Program-made: the position numbers and the translations under genes | The notes under the pieces: generated by a model | The model's input: the letters and a program-made list of their open reading frames with translations, nothing else | What the model was told of the DNA's origin: nothing | The model's database searches: none | Part shown: positions 23,901 through 34,226 of the stretch, piece after piece | Layout: every line of letters begins with the position of its first letter | Position numbering within the stretch: the first letter of the stretch is position 1 | Assembly (NCBI GenBank): GCA_008632985.1 | Contig: QPGO01000343.1 | Span: 1 to 43,281 of the forward strand | Direction of reading: 5' to 3' | Length of the DNA stretch: 43,281 nucleotides | Source of the DNA: Psammoneis japonica | Taxonomy: Eukaryota

Positions 23901-24911
23901 CTTTTTACCTCTGCCATCTGAAAAACAAAGTTGTTTTTGTTCAGAGTTGAAATTTGCTTGATGAGAAGTTTGTGCTCTGGTCAAATGCTCCTTCACTGTG
24001 AATGAGTGGCTTTTTAGCCACAATTGGCCAAATCAACATGGTGGGAAGAAACCAGGCTCAGGGAAATTTGTTGTCACAGTGCACGTGGGCTCTTGACAAG
24101 ATTTGTTTTGAACTCAACCACAGTGCAACAATTGTGAATGTCAGAGTGTCAACTGTTGACCAAGCTGGCAAAGTGATGGGGAACAACAGTGAATGAAAGG
24201 TGCTGGTTCATCACTGTGCACATGCACCTGAGTTGATCTCTTCAACCATTGTCACTCATTGGCTGGAGCAAGCCAGCAATTGCATTTGTTCATTGTTTGT
24301 CAACTGGCACACATTTTGTAATTTTGGTTTTCAGCAATGCCAACTGCTTTCAAGCCTGGTGACATTTGACATGTGACACATGCTCTTGTCCCATGTTCGC
24401 TGTTTTTGCCCCCTCTGTGATTCAAGCTGTCATCTCATTGTCTGCCCCATTGTCTCTTGCAGTCATCTGTTTTGAATCTTGGTGTTGTTGGCTGTGCTGG
24501 CATTGCATCATGTTTGGCTCTTTTGTGTTTCAAAGAGAGCCAGTTTTTGTGTGACAGCTTTTCATTGTGAGACATGATGCCAATCCCCAGGAAAAAAAAG
24601 CCAGCAGAGAAGTTGTCTGTTTGGTGCTTTTTTTTGTGATCACAGCCACAATGCTGCCATTCCTGCTCACCTGTGTGCAGTGTTGCAGCACTTTGTTTCT
24701 CATCCTTGGCTGTTTTAAACAATTTGTGTGGAGATTCAAGAAACAAAGCAAGGTGGCACAAAATGCCAGGTTGTTGTTTCCTGCAACAAGCTGCTTGCTC
24801 CTGTGTCACAAATCTGACCTCCTTTCTTGCCTTTGTTCTGGCAGCTTTTCTTTGTTGTTTTTGAGTGCTGAGTCCTGGATGTTGTCAGTGCCTTCCCGCA
24901 ATGTCACAATT

Positions 24912-27737
24912 GTGAAAACAACAACACAAAGCACCAATCAATGTCACACAGGCACCCATCTCAAGTCACAGAGTTGGTTGTGCAAGTGGCTGCAAACACC
25001 AAGCTGTGCCCAGCAGGTTGGCAAAGACTTGAGCTCTTCAGCTTCAGAGTGAAGTGGCCCCATGATGGCAGCACCCACCAACCCAACAAGCAACAGCAGG
25101 CTGGGAGCATGACAACTGGCGGTCCTTTTCAGACCCCAGAGGCAACACTCCAAGAACTGTGGTTGCAAGCACTGAGAAGTGCAAGACCAGCATTGTGCAT
25201 TTGTGGTGCCTTGTTGCACCCTTTCACCCAGAAACATCACACTTCAAACTTCAAAGCCCCAACTCCAGAGTGAAAGGACTGCCTGAGGATGGTGCCAACC
25301 AGGCAACTGCAAGCCAAGGACATTGGCGGTCTCTTGTGGATCCCAGGAGACACTGTCCACAACAACCATGGTTGAGCAGTGCGATGCCTGTTGTGTGTGC
25401 TTGTGCCCCCCTGCACCACCTTTTGTCCTGACAGGAGAAACAGACTTCAGCTTCCCAACTCTGCGGCAAAAGGGCAACATGGTGGTGCCAGTCAACACAA
25501 AACAGCTGCAAGCAGAGGACACTGGGCCTGGTGGTGCATGCTTCTGAACACATTTTCCACCACTTTTGCCACTGAAATTTCAAACAGCCAACATCTTTGA
25601 ATGAACCATGTGATGCTGGATCTTGAAAGCAAACAGCTTTTCTTCAATGTGAAAATGACAATGCAAAGCACCAATCAATGTCACACAGGCACCCATCTCA
25701 AGTCACAGAGTTGGTTGTGCAAGTGGCTGCAAACACCAAGCTGTGCCCAGCAGGTTGGCAAAGACTTGAGCTCTTCAGCTTCAGAATGAAGTGGCCCCAT
25801 GATGGCAGCACCCACCAACCCAACAAGCAACAGCAGGCTGGGAGCATGACAACTGGCGGTCCTTTTCAGACCCCAGAGGCAACACTCCAAGAACTGTGGT
25901 TGCAAGCACTGAGAAGTGCAAGACCAGCATTGTGCATTTGTGGTGCCTTGTTGCACCCTTTCACCCAGAAACATCACACTTCAAACTTCAAAGCCCCAAC
26001 TCCAGAGTGAAAGGACTGCCTGAGGATGGTGCCAACCAGGCAACTGCAAGCCAAGGACATTGGCGGTCTCTTGTGGATCCCAGGAGACACTGTCCACAAC
26101 AACCATGGTTGAGCAGTGCGATGCCTGTTGTGTGTGCTTGTGGCCCCCTGCACCACCTTTTGTCCTGACAGGAGAAACAGACTTCAGCTTCCCAACTCTG
26201 CAGCAAAAGGGCAACATGGTGGTGCCAGTCAACACAAAACAGCTGCAAGCAGAGGACACTGGGCCTGGTGGTGCATGCTTCTGAACACATTTTCCACCAC
26301 TTTTGCCCCTGAAATTTCAAACAGCCAACATCTTTGAATGAACCATGTGATGCTGGATCTTGAAAGCAAACAGCTTTTCTTCAATGTGAAAATGACAATG
26401 CAAAGCACCAATCAATGTCACACATGCATGCACCCATCTCAAGCCACAGAGTTGGTTGTGCAAGTGGCTGCAGACACCAAGCTGTGCCCAGCAGGTTGGC
26501 AAAGACTTGAGCTCTTCAGCTTCAGAATGAAGTGGCCCCATGATGGCAGCACCCACCAACCCAACAAGCAAGAGCAGGCTGGGTGCACAACATTTGGCGG
26601 TCCTTTTCAGACCCCAGGCAACACTCCAAGAACTGTGGTTGCAAGCACTGAGCAGTGCAAGACCAGCATTGTGCAACTGTGGTGCCTTGTTGCACCCTTT
26701 CACCCAGAAACATCACACCACAAACTTGAAAGCCCCAACTCCAGAGTGAAAGGACTGCCTGAGGATGGTGCCAACCAGGCAACTGCAAGCCAAGGACATT
26801 GGCGGTCTCTTGTGGATCCCAGGAGACGCTGTCCACAACAACCATGGCTGAGCAGTGCAATGCCTGTTGTGTGTGCTTGTGGCCCCCTGCACCACCTTTT
26901 GTCCTGACAGGAGAAACAGACTTCAGCTTCCCAACTCTGCAGCAAAAGGACAACATGGTGGTGCCAGTCAACACAAAACAGCTGCAAGCAGAGGACACTG
27001 GGCCTGGTGGTGCATGCTTCTGAACACATTTTCCACCACTTTTGCCCCTGAAATTTCAAACAGCCAACATCTTTGAATGAACCATGTGATGCTGGATCTT
27101 GAAAGCAAACAGCTTTTCTTCAATGTGAAAATGACAATGCAAAGCACCAATCAATGTCACACATGCACCCATCTCAAGCCACAGAGTTGGTTGTGCAAGT
27201 GGCTGCAGACACCAAGCTGTGCCCAGCAGGTTGGCAAAGACTTGAGCTCTTCAGCTTCAGAATGAAGTGGCCCCATGATGGCAGCACCCACCAACCCAAC
27301 AAGCAAGAGCAGGCTGGGTGCACAACATTTGGCGGTCCTTTTCAGACCCCAGGCAACACTCCAAGAACTGTGGTTGCAAGCACTGAGCAGTGCAAGACCA
27401 GCATTGTGCAACTGTGGTGCCTTGTTGCACCCTTTCACCCAGAAACATCACACCACAAACTTGAAAGCCCCAACTCCAGAGTGAAAGGACTGCCTGAGGA
27501 TGGTGCCAACCAGGCAACTGCAAGCCAAGGACATTGGCGGTCTCTTGTGGATCCCAGGAGATGCTGTCCACAACAACCATGGTTGAGCAGTGCGATGCCT
27601 GTTGTGTGTGCTTGTGGCCCCCTGCACCACCTTTTGTCCTGACAGGAGAAACAGACTTCAGCTTCCCAACTCTGCAGCAAAAGGGCAACATGGTGGTGCC
27701 AGTCAACACAAAACAGCTGCAAGCTGAGGACACTGGT
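24912..27737 (+). repeat. Tandem array of about 737-bp units (about 3.8 copies)
   Basis: GTGAAAA...CAAAGCACCAATCAATGTCACAC recurs at about 24912, 25649, 26386 and 27125. Near-identical ORFs recur at the same spacing (25323/26060/26799/27534). Confidence 0.95.
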
Positions 27738-28640
27738 GGCATCTGACAGACCCCCCAGGCGACACTCTGAGAGCTGTTGTTGGGCATTGCAAGATTGATC
27801 TTGTGGTGTTGTGGCCCCATGTTGTCACCTTGTCCTCAATGGCAGCAGACTTGAGCTGCCAAACCCAGAGTGAGAGGACTGCATGATGACACCAGCCAAC
27901 CTGACAGCTGCAAGATGAGTGCATTGGTGGTGTCCAGTGGCCCCAGGTGTGATTCAAGAACCACAAGGTCAATCTTGCAGTGTTGTGGCCCCATTTCACC
28001 TTGTCCCCAACAAAAGCAGATGTGAGTTTCTGAACTCAAGGGTGAAAGGAAGGGCCCCATGATGGTGCCAACCAGCCTCACAAAACAGCAAGCTGGGGCA
28101 CTGGTGGTCTCTGATGGACCCCAGGCAACACTTTAAGAGCTGCAACTGAGCATTGCAAGAAGGTTGACTTTTGTGGCATTGTGGCTGCCCCGCCCATGTT
28201 GTGTTGTCCCCAACAGAAGCAAACATGAGCTTCCAAGCCCCAGAGTGAAAGGACCCCATGATGGTGCCAACCAACCTGACAACAGCAAGCTGAGGACACT
28301 GGTGGTTTCTAGTGGGCCCCAGGCTGGGCAAGACTTTGAGAACTGCAGCTGAGCATTGCAAGGTTGATCTTGTTCTTGTGTTGTGGCCCCATGTCATCTT
28401 GTCCCCAACCACAGCCGTCTTTGCTTTTTTCCCAGCTCCAGAGTGCAAGGATCCCATGACAGTGCCAACCAACCTGACAACTGCAAGCAGCCAGAGGGCA
28501 TTGCCAGTGTTTGGCAGACTCCAGGAGAGATTTGAAAAATGTGGTTGGGCATTGCAAGGTTGATCTTGAGGCATTGTGGCCCCATGTCACCTTGTCTGCA
28601 ACAGCAGCAGAGTTGAATTTCCAAACTCCAGAGTGACTCA
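27738..28640 (+). repeat. Diverged monomers of about 170-200 bp, related to sub-repeats of the 737-bp unit
   Basis: CCAGAGTGAAAGGACCCCATGATGGTGCCAACC-like motif at about 27864, 28037, 28239, 28438 and 28628, with TTGCAAG.TTGATCTTG and GTGGCCCCATG motifs between them. Confidence 0.8.
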
Positions 28641-28879
28641 TTCAAAGGCCCAATTGCTGAGTTTAACAGCAGGTGAGCAAAACTTCAAAATGCAACATGC
28701 TGGGAATGCCAGAGACATGGAGTTGTTTTGCAGTGGCAAAATGGGGGCTTGTTGAGGAGAGTGGAGAAATTTTCAGAGGCACCTGATTTTTGAAACCATT
28801 TTCTCTTTGTTGGAAGGAAAGAAAACCTGCTGCAGCTGGGCCAGTCATCTTCCATTTTATCCTGATCTAGAGCTCAAGC

Positions 28880-29400
28880 AAGAATGGATCTCATGGAAGG
28901 ATTGGTTGAGGTGTGAGCCCAAAATGTGAAGTTGAGCTTTGTTTGTTGTGTGCCACACAATTTTTGGAGGCTTCTTGTCAAGCTTTCCTGCCATGAAAGT
29001 TGTTGAGTGGGTTTTTATGGCCATTCTCATTGATGACACAGTTGTTGCAATGTGGCACCAATCATTGTCCATGCTGCTGACCTTTGCACAAAGTCTCAAC
29101 ATCAAATGAGTTTTCCATCATCAAAGCCTTGGTTGCTGTCACTTGTGAGTCTGGGCCTGGAGTTGGGTGCACAGAAAATGCTTGCCCTTGCTTCTCTCCA
29201 ACAAGCAAAATTGGTGCCTTCACTTTGACAAGCATGGCATCCAAACAACCCTCTGCAATCTTCTGCAAGAGACAAAAACAAAAAAGAGCTGTGCAGACAG
29301 TGGACATGTTTGGTGTGAAATCTGTGTTGTCAGGCACATCCAAAACAGAGTGCACTGTGCAAGCATGGACCAACACAAAACACCAAATCAAATCACAGCC
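28880..29400 (-). pseudogene. Possible Copia gag-like relic
   Basis: HSVLDVPDNTDFTP...ALFCFCLLQK and IATTVSSMR...HSTTFM loosely resemble diatom Copia gag once C/H are read as former Y. The similarity is weak. Confidence 0.2.
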
Positions 29401-30125
29401 ATGTTGGCCCCCCTGACAACTTGGTGCTCAAAAAAGTGCTTGTGTGGCACATTTGTTGTCAATTGACAGCTTCAAATTGACTTTGCATGAAGTGCAAATG
29501 GACACATGCTGCAATCTGGGTTGACATGACAAGGTGAAACCAGTTGGCAAGCATTCATGATGGCAGGGGAGCAAGTGACAACATGGCCATTGTGGGGGCT
29601 GCACCTCAGACATTGTGAGCTCAACTCTAGAGTGCAAATTGACATTTGACAGAAGGGAAGGATTCAAGTTTGTGCTGCACTGTCATTGAAAAGGTGTTGG
29701 TTCAACAATTTTTTCCCATTTTTGTCAGACATGCAATGAGGTCACAGTGAGTTGCAACAGGGTTGCACCATTGTCATGCAAGAGACAAATGCAGCAGAAA
29801 TGCTGAAAAGAAGATGCAATGGGCAATCAAGCTGAAGCTCCTCTTCACACAAATAAATCAAATCTAAGCAAGGTGCTGGGCCACAAAACAAAACACATTG
29901 CAAATCCATGGCCATTGGAAAAAGTGGCTGTCAACCCAAATGTCAACTTTGTGGCTGAAAATGAGTGGGCCAGCATCTGAACATTGTTCTCAGAGCTGCA
30001 GTGACACCTGTGCAGAGCACAATCACAGGCACAGAAATCATGTTTCTTGTCAACTGATCTTCTCATTGACAGCAAAAACATGTTGCAGATGGGGCTCTGG
30101 CTCAAAACCACAGACTTGTTTGCTG

Positions 30126-33100
30126 ACTTGTGAGCAAATTTTGCACACATTGTTGTTGCATTTGCAGAAACTGGGCATGCACAATTTGACATTTTATCTT
30201 CTAAATCAACCTTTGCAACATGTGCACAATCACACAATGCGCACTTGGATTCTTCTTGATTTTTGATGGCACGTCATCCTCAAGACAGCAGCAAGAAACA
30301 GCAATTTTGTGAGCTCTCTCAACCTTGATTTGAGGGCTTGCAAGTGCAGTGGGGGCTTGCACATGCAAGGATGGCTTGGGACTTTGGGCCCAAGAATGTT
30401 GTCACAAGAGCAAATCAGCCCAAGAATGTTGCAACAAACAATGCAGGTCATGGGAAAGCAAGGAAAAGGCTGCATGGCCACATGAGACTGGCCCAAGCAG
30501 GGCTGCACAAAGAAACCTGCCAGGGTCTCACACAATGTTGACAGGGCTGTTTTGTTGATGATGTCACAACAACTGTCATTGTTTGCCACCAGACAGGGTG
30601 TTGTTGGATGGAACAACAACTTTGGCTGCAAAGAGCAAGTGTGAAACTTGAGCATGTCAGGGTGCCCAGAGAGAACAAGATGTTTGCTGGTGTGCTGAAA
30701 AGCAATGCCAAATGGAGGGTGTGCTGTCAGTTGAATGCCATGCCCTCCATCTGGTGGTTTTGTGCTCCCTTGTCTTGAACTCTGACAGAATCTCAGCATC
30801 CAGAGTTCTGCCCAAATGTGTCTGCAGCTGCACTGCTGGGTTCAGGCAAGAGCAATGAGAGACCCTCCCACTGCTGCTTCTTGAGTCAAATTGTTGACAA
30901 TCTCTCTGTTTTTCTGAGAAAGCACCAACGTTCATTGACGGCCATTGTGTTGCTCAGAGGGGAGTCAGCTTCTGTGACAAAGAAGGGGCAAGCAGCACTT
31001 GAAGACACTGGGGACTGGCTCAAAACTTTCAGCAGCAATGTGGCTCTTGATGAGGAAAAAGCAGTTGTCATCATGGGTGACCTCCTGCAATGAGCAATGA
31101 GCAGCACAAGAAGTGTGCAGTGCCAGGAGAGTGGAAGTGCCTGTGATGACAACAATGTGAAAAGGCATTGTTGAGCCAAACATCACTCTTTGGAAATGAC
31201 AATTTTGGCAATGTCAAAATTGTTTTCAGAGCTGCAGCTGCAGTGACCACCTCAATTGATTTTTGAAAAAATTTGACACCTGTGGAGGGCACAACATTGC
31301 AGGTGTGGAATTTTGTTTCTTGTCAACTGATCTTCTCATTGAGAGCACAAACATGTTGCAGACAGCATTTTGCTTGATTGATTGTCTTCTCACCCAAGCA
31401 ACTCAGAAAAGTGTGTGTGGCTCTTCTCCTCACACACAATGACATTGGGTTGATTTTTCAGGAGTCACATGACAACCCATCATTTTCACTGAGTTGTTTG
31501 TCTGTCCCGCTCTTCTTCTGGCATGTCAAAAATGCATTTGATTGGAAAAAATGTGTGCAGAGTGTGCACGCAGTTCTTCTTCAACACTCCTGTTGATGGC
31601 ATGCTGCAGGTTTCTGAGCACATTGTCCACTGCCACATTTGTTCACACCACCATCATTTCAAAACATGCAGATGAATGAACCTTCAAAGAGCCAAGGTCT
31701 TTGAATGAACTTTGTGATGCCAGATCTTGAAAACACAAATTGGCTTTTCTTCATTTTCTTTTGCCAACTTGTGAGCAAAGTTTGCACACATTTTTGTTGC
31801 TTGTCACATTTGCATGCAAAATTTGACAGTTGTCTTCTGAATCAACCTTTGCAACATGTGCACAATCACACAATGCACTTGGATCATTTTTGATTTTTGT
31901 GGCACATCATTCCCAAGACAGCTGCAAGAAAGATTGTTTTTGTGAGCTGGCTCAACCTGGATTTGAGTGCTTGCAATTGCAAGGGGGGCTTGCACAAGCA
32001 AGGACAGCATGGAATTTTTGGCCCAAGAATGTCATCATCAGAGCAAATCAGCCCAAGAATGTTGCCACAAGAGCAGGTCATGGGAGAGCAAGGAAAAAGT
32101 GGCATGGCCACATGAGACTGGCCCAAGCAGGCTGCAGCAAAAAAACCCTGCAAAGGTCTCACACAAGGATGCAGGGCTGTTGTCAATGTCATGACAGCTG
32201 TGATCATTTGCTGCCACCATGCAGAGCATTGCTGAACAAAACAAAAGCTTTGACTGCAAAGAGCAAATGCAGAACCTGAGCATGATGGGGCCATGCAAAA
32301 GATGTTCGCTGGTGCTAAAAAGAAGGACCCAACAAAGGGTGCACTGTCAGTTGAATGTCATGCATCCATCTGGTGGTTTTGTGCTCCCTCTTTTTGAACT
32401 CTGTGCCAAGATCTCAGCATCCAGAGTCCTGCTCAAAAATGTCTGGAAATGTGCTGCTGGGTTCAGTCAAGAATGATGAGAGAACCTCTCAGAGAAACTG
32501 CCAGCATTGATGGCCACTGTGTTGCTCAGAGGGGAGCCAGTCTCTGTGACAGAGAAGAGACAAGCAGCAGTCCAAAACACTGGTTTGCTGCTGCAAAGCT
32601 TGCAGCAGCAATGTGACATGATTTTTGAAAAGGAAGAAGCAGTTGTCATGGTGAGTGGCCTCTTGCAAGCATCACAAGTGAGCAGTGCCAAGAAAGCAGA
32701 AGTGCCTGGGATGACACCAGGACAAATGGAGTGGGTGCTGTGATGGCCATGTGAAAAAGCAGGATTGAGTCAAGTGCCACTCTTTGATCAAAAAGCTCAG
32801 AAGGGGTGTGTGCAAGCTTTTCCCTTGTTTTCAAAAGTTTGGCATCTTCTCAGGTGTTGTTTGGTGTTGGAGTTTGCAGCATTGTCAGCTGGAAGGTCGC
32901 GGGGGCTTGGGTGGTCAACCATGTGAGGAGAAATGCACACCTTGAAATCAAAGTGCATGGGCACATCAAAACGCCATTTCAAAAATTGCACAAAGCCAGG
33001 AGGGAGCAGTGGCTGCAGACTGTTCACCAGAAGCAGAGGGACACCTTGGCTGTTGACTGGAGGACTGCTGTGTTCAGCCATGTGAGGAGTCACTGGGCCA

Positions 33101-33260
33101 GGAAACACCAGTCATTTGAGCCAATGTTGTGGCACACATGCGCACCTGAGTGCACTTGCACTTTTTCATTTTGAGCAGCTGAGCAACTCCAACAAAAAGC
33201 ACTGGTCTCAGGGAAGAAAATGATGACAGCACACATGGCAACAAAGACTGGGTCATTGAC
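30126..33260 (+). mobile_element. Ty1/Copia-like integrase-region relic, with about 1.1 kb duplicated in diverged form
   Basis: 30126 to about 31200 aligns with 31767 to about 32790 (e.g. GGCATGGCCACATGAGACTGGCCCAAGCAG; TGTGTTGCTCAGAGGGGAG). Fragments HGHMRLAQAG, LLRGESASVTKKG and VNHVRRN...KTPFQKL resemble diatom Copia pre-integrase/integrase segments. The duplication is solid; the family call is tentative. Confidence 0.4.
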
Positions 33261-33510
33261 AAGTGGGCCAATCAGGCAGCTGCCAAAGATGAGTGATTTG
33301 AGGGTGAGCTGAAAAACATTGAGCAGAGCACAACACAGCAGCATCACAGACAACAATGTGCTCACCATGACAGTGCCCAACTGACTGATCTTGTGGCTTT
33401 TTGATTTGATGGGCAAGGAGACCAAACACATGGCAAAAGTGAGAGAGACCCAACAAAAGCAAGCTGACATGAGCAAGGGTGGACAATGAGCACATTGTTG
33501 CTGTCAGTCA

Positions 33511-33532
33511 GAGAGAGAGAGAGAGAGAGAGA
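33511..33532 (+). repeat. (GA)11 microsatellite
   Basis: Perfect GA run. Confidence 0.95.
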
Positions 33533-34226
33533 GCAGCTGGAGCATCACACAGGTCTGTGTCTCTGCATTGGCAGAGTCTGCCGCATGGCTGCTGTCAACA
33601 TTGGTGAGGAGCCCAAGCTCAAAAAATGGGAAAAGCCGATGTTGTTGAGATCCATGACAGCAGGGGAGCATGACAAAAGCAAAAAAAGAACCCTGGACAA
33701 GCAAGAGAGTGACGAGACAATTGTTGACAACGGCGGCATTTGAGGTTTGGTTAGCCACTCTGAAGTTGTGCTGCAGCTTGGTCATGAACAATGAAACAAA
33801 GCAGAGCAAACAAGGTGAAAAAGAAGCTCCAGTTTCCATGAGCGCCAAATGCTCCAGGCCCTGCCTGTGTGGGGTGCAGCCAGCATGGCTGGGTCGAGAG
33901 GTGGCGGATCAAAACACCGAGAGAAAAGAGGAAAGCACAAAGCATGAAAAAGCTGCAGCCGAGAAAAAGCCCTTTGGGATTTTTGGTTGAGGGATCTGCG
34001 ATTTTCGAAAATTCAAAAAGATTTGGCTCGCTGGATCGATGCGATAGATAGACTAGATTGTTGACCATTCTTGTCTTGCTTTTCTTCTTTGCGTCGGTTG
34101 GGCACGGGCGCCTGCGCGAAATAAAAGAACCTCGTTTGGGCGTCCGACCGTTGTCAGTCGCAGCTTACAGTATTTACAATGGCGTCGCCCTGAAGATCGA
34201 AGTTTCGGCCACCACGAGAGACAGTG

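Larger units (their letters stand above)
21300..33950. other. Decayed repeat block depleted of both TpA and CpG (retroelement relics plus tandem array)
   Basis: TA and CG are very rare while TG/CA are abundant. ORF translations are almost Tyr-free and Cys/His-rich. Composition returns sharply to normal near 21.25 kb and 34.0 kb. Confidence 0.9.

Noticed and set aside
24100..24196. IVNVRVSTVDQAGKVMG as the end of a Copia RNase H domain
   Set aside because: The similarity is too short and degenerate to support without a profile search.
24912..28640. CRISPR-like repeat-spacer array
   Set aside because: Units are long and repeat in full with no unique spacers. There are no cas genes and the context is eukaryotic.
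4700..33950. Canonical fungal RIP, or an alternative genetic code, as the explanation
   Set aside because: RIP enriches TpA whereas TpA is lost here. The depletion is frame- and strand-independent, and adjacent genes use Tyr and TAG normally.
21178..33990. Dozens of Cys/His-rich ORFs as novel metal-binding proteins
   Set aside because: They occur in all six frames, lack Tyr, and are the expected by-product of TA/CG depletion removing TAA/TAG stops.
21260..34005. 10-bp inverted match AAAATCGCAG (21260-21269) / CTGCGATTTT (33996-34005) as TIRs of one giant transposon
   Set aside because: It does not extend in either direction and I found no TSD, so it could be chance despite lying near the block edges.
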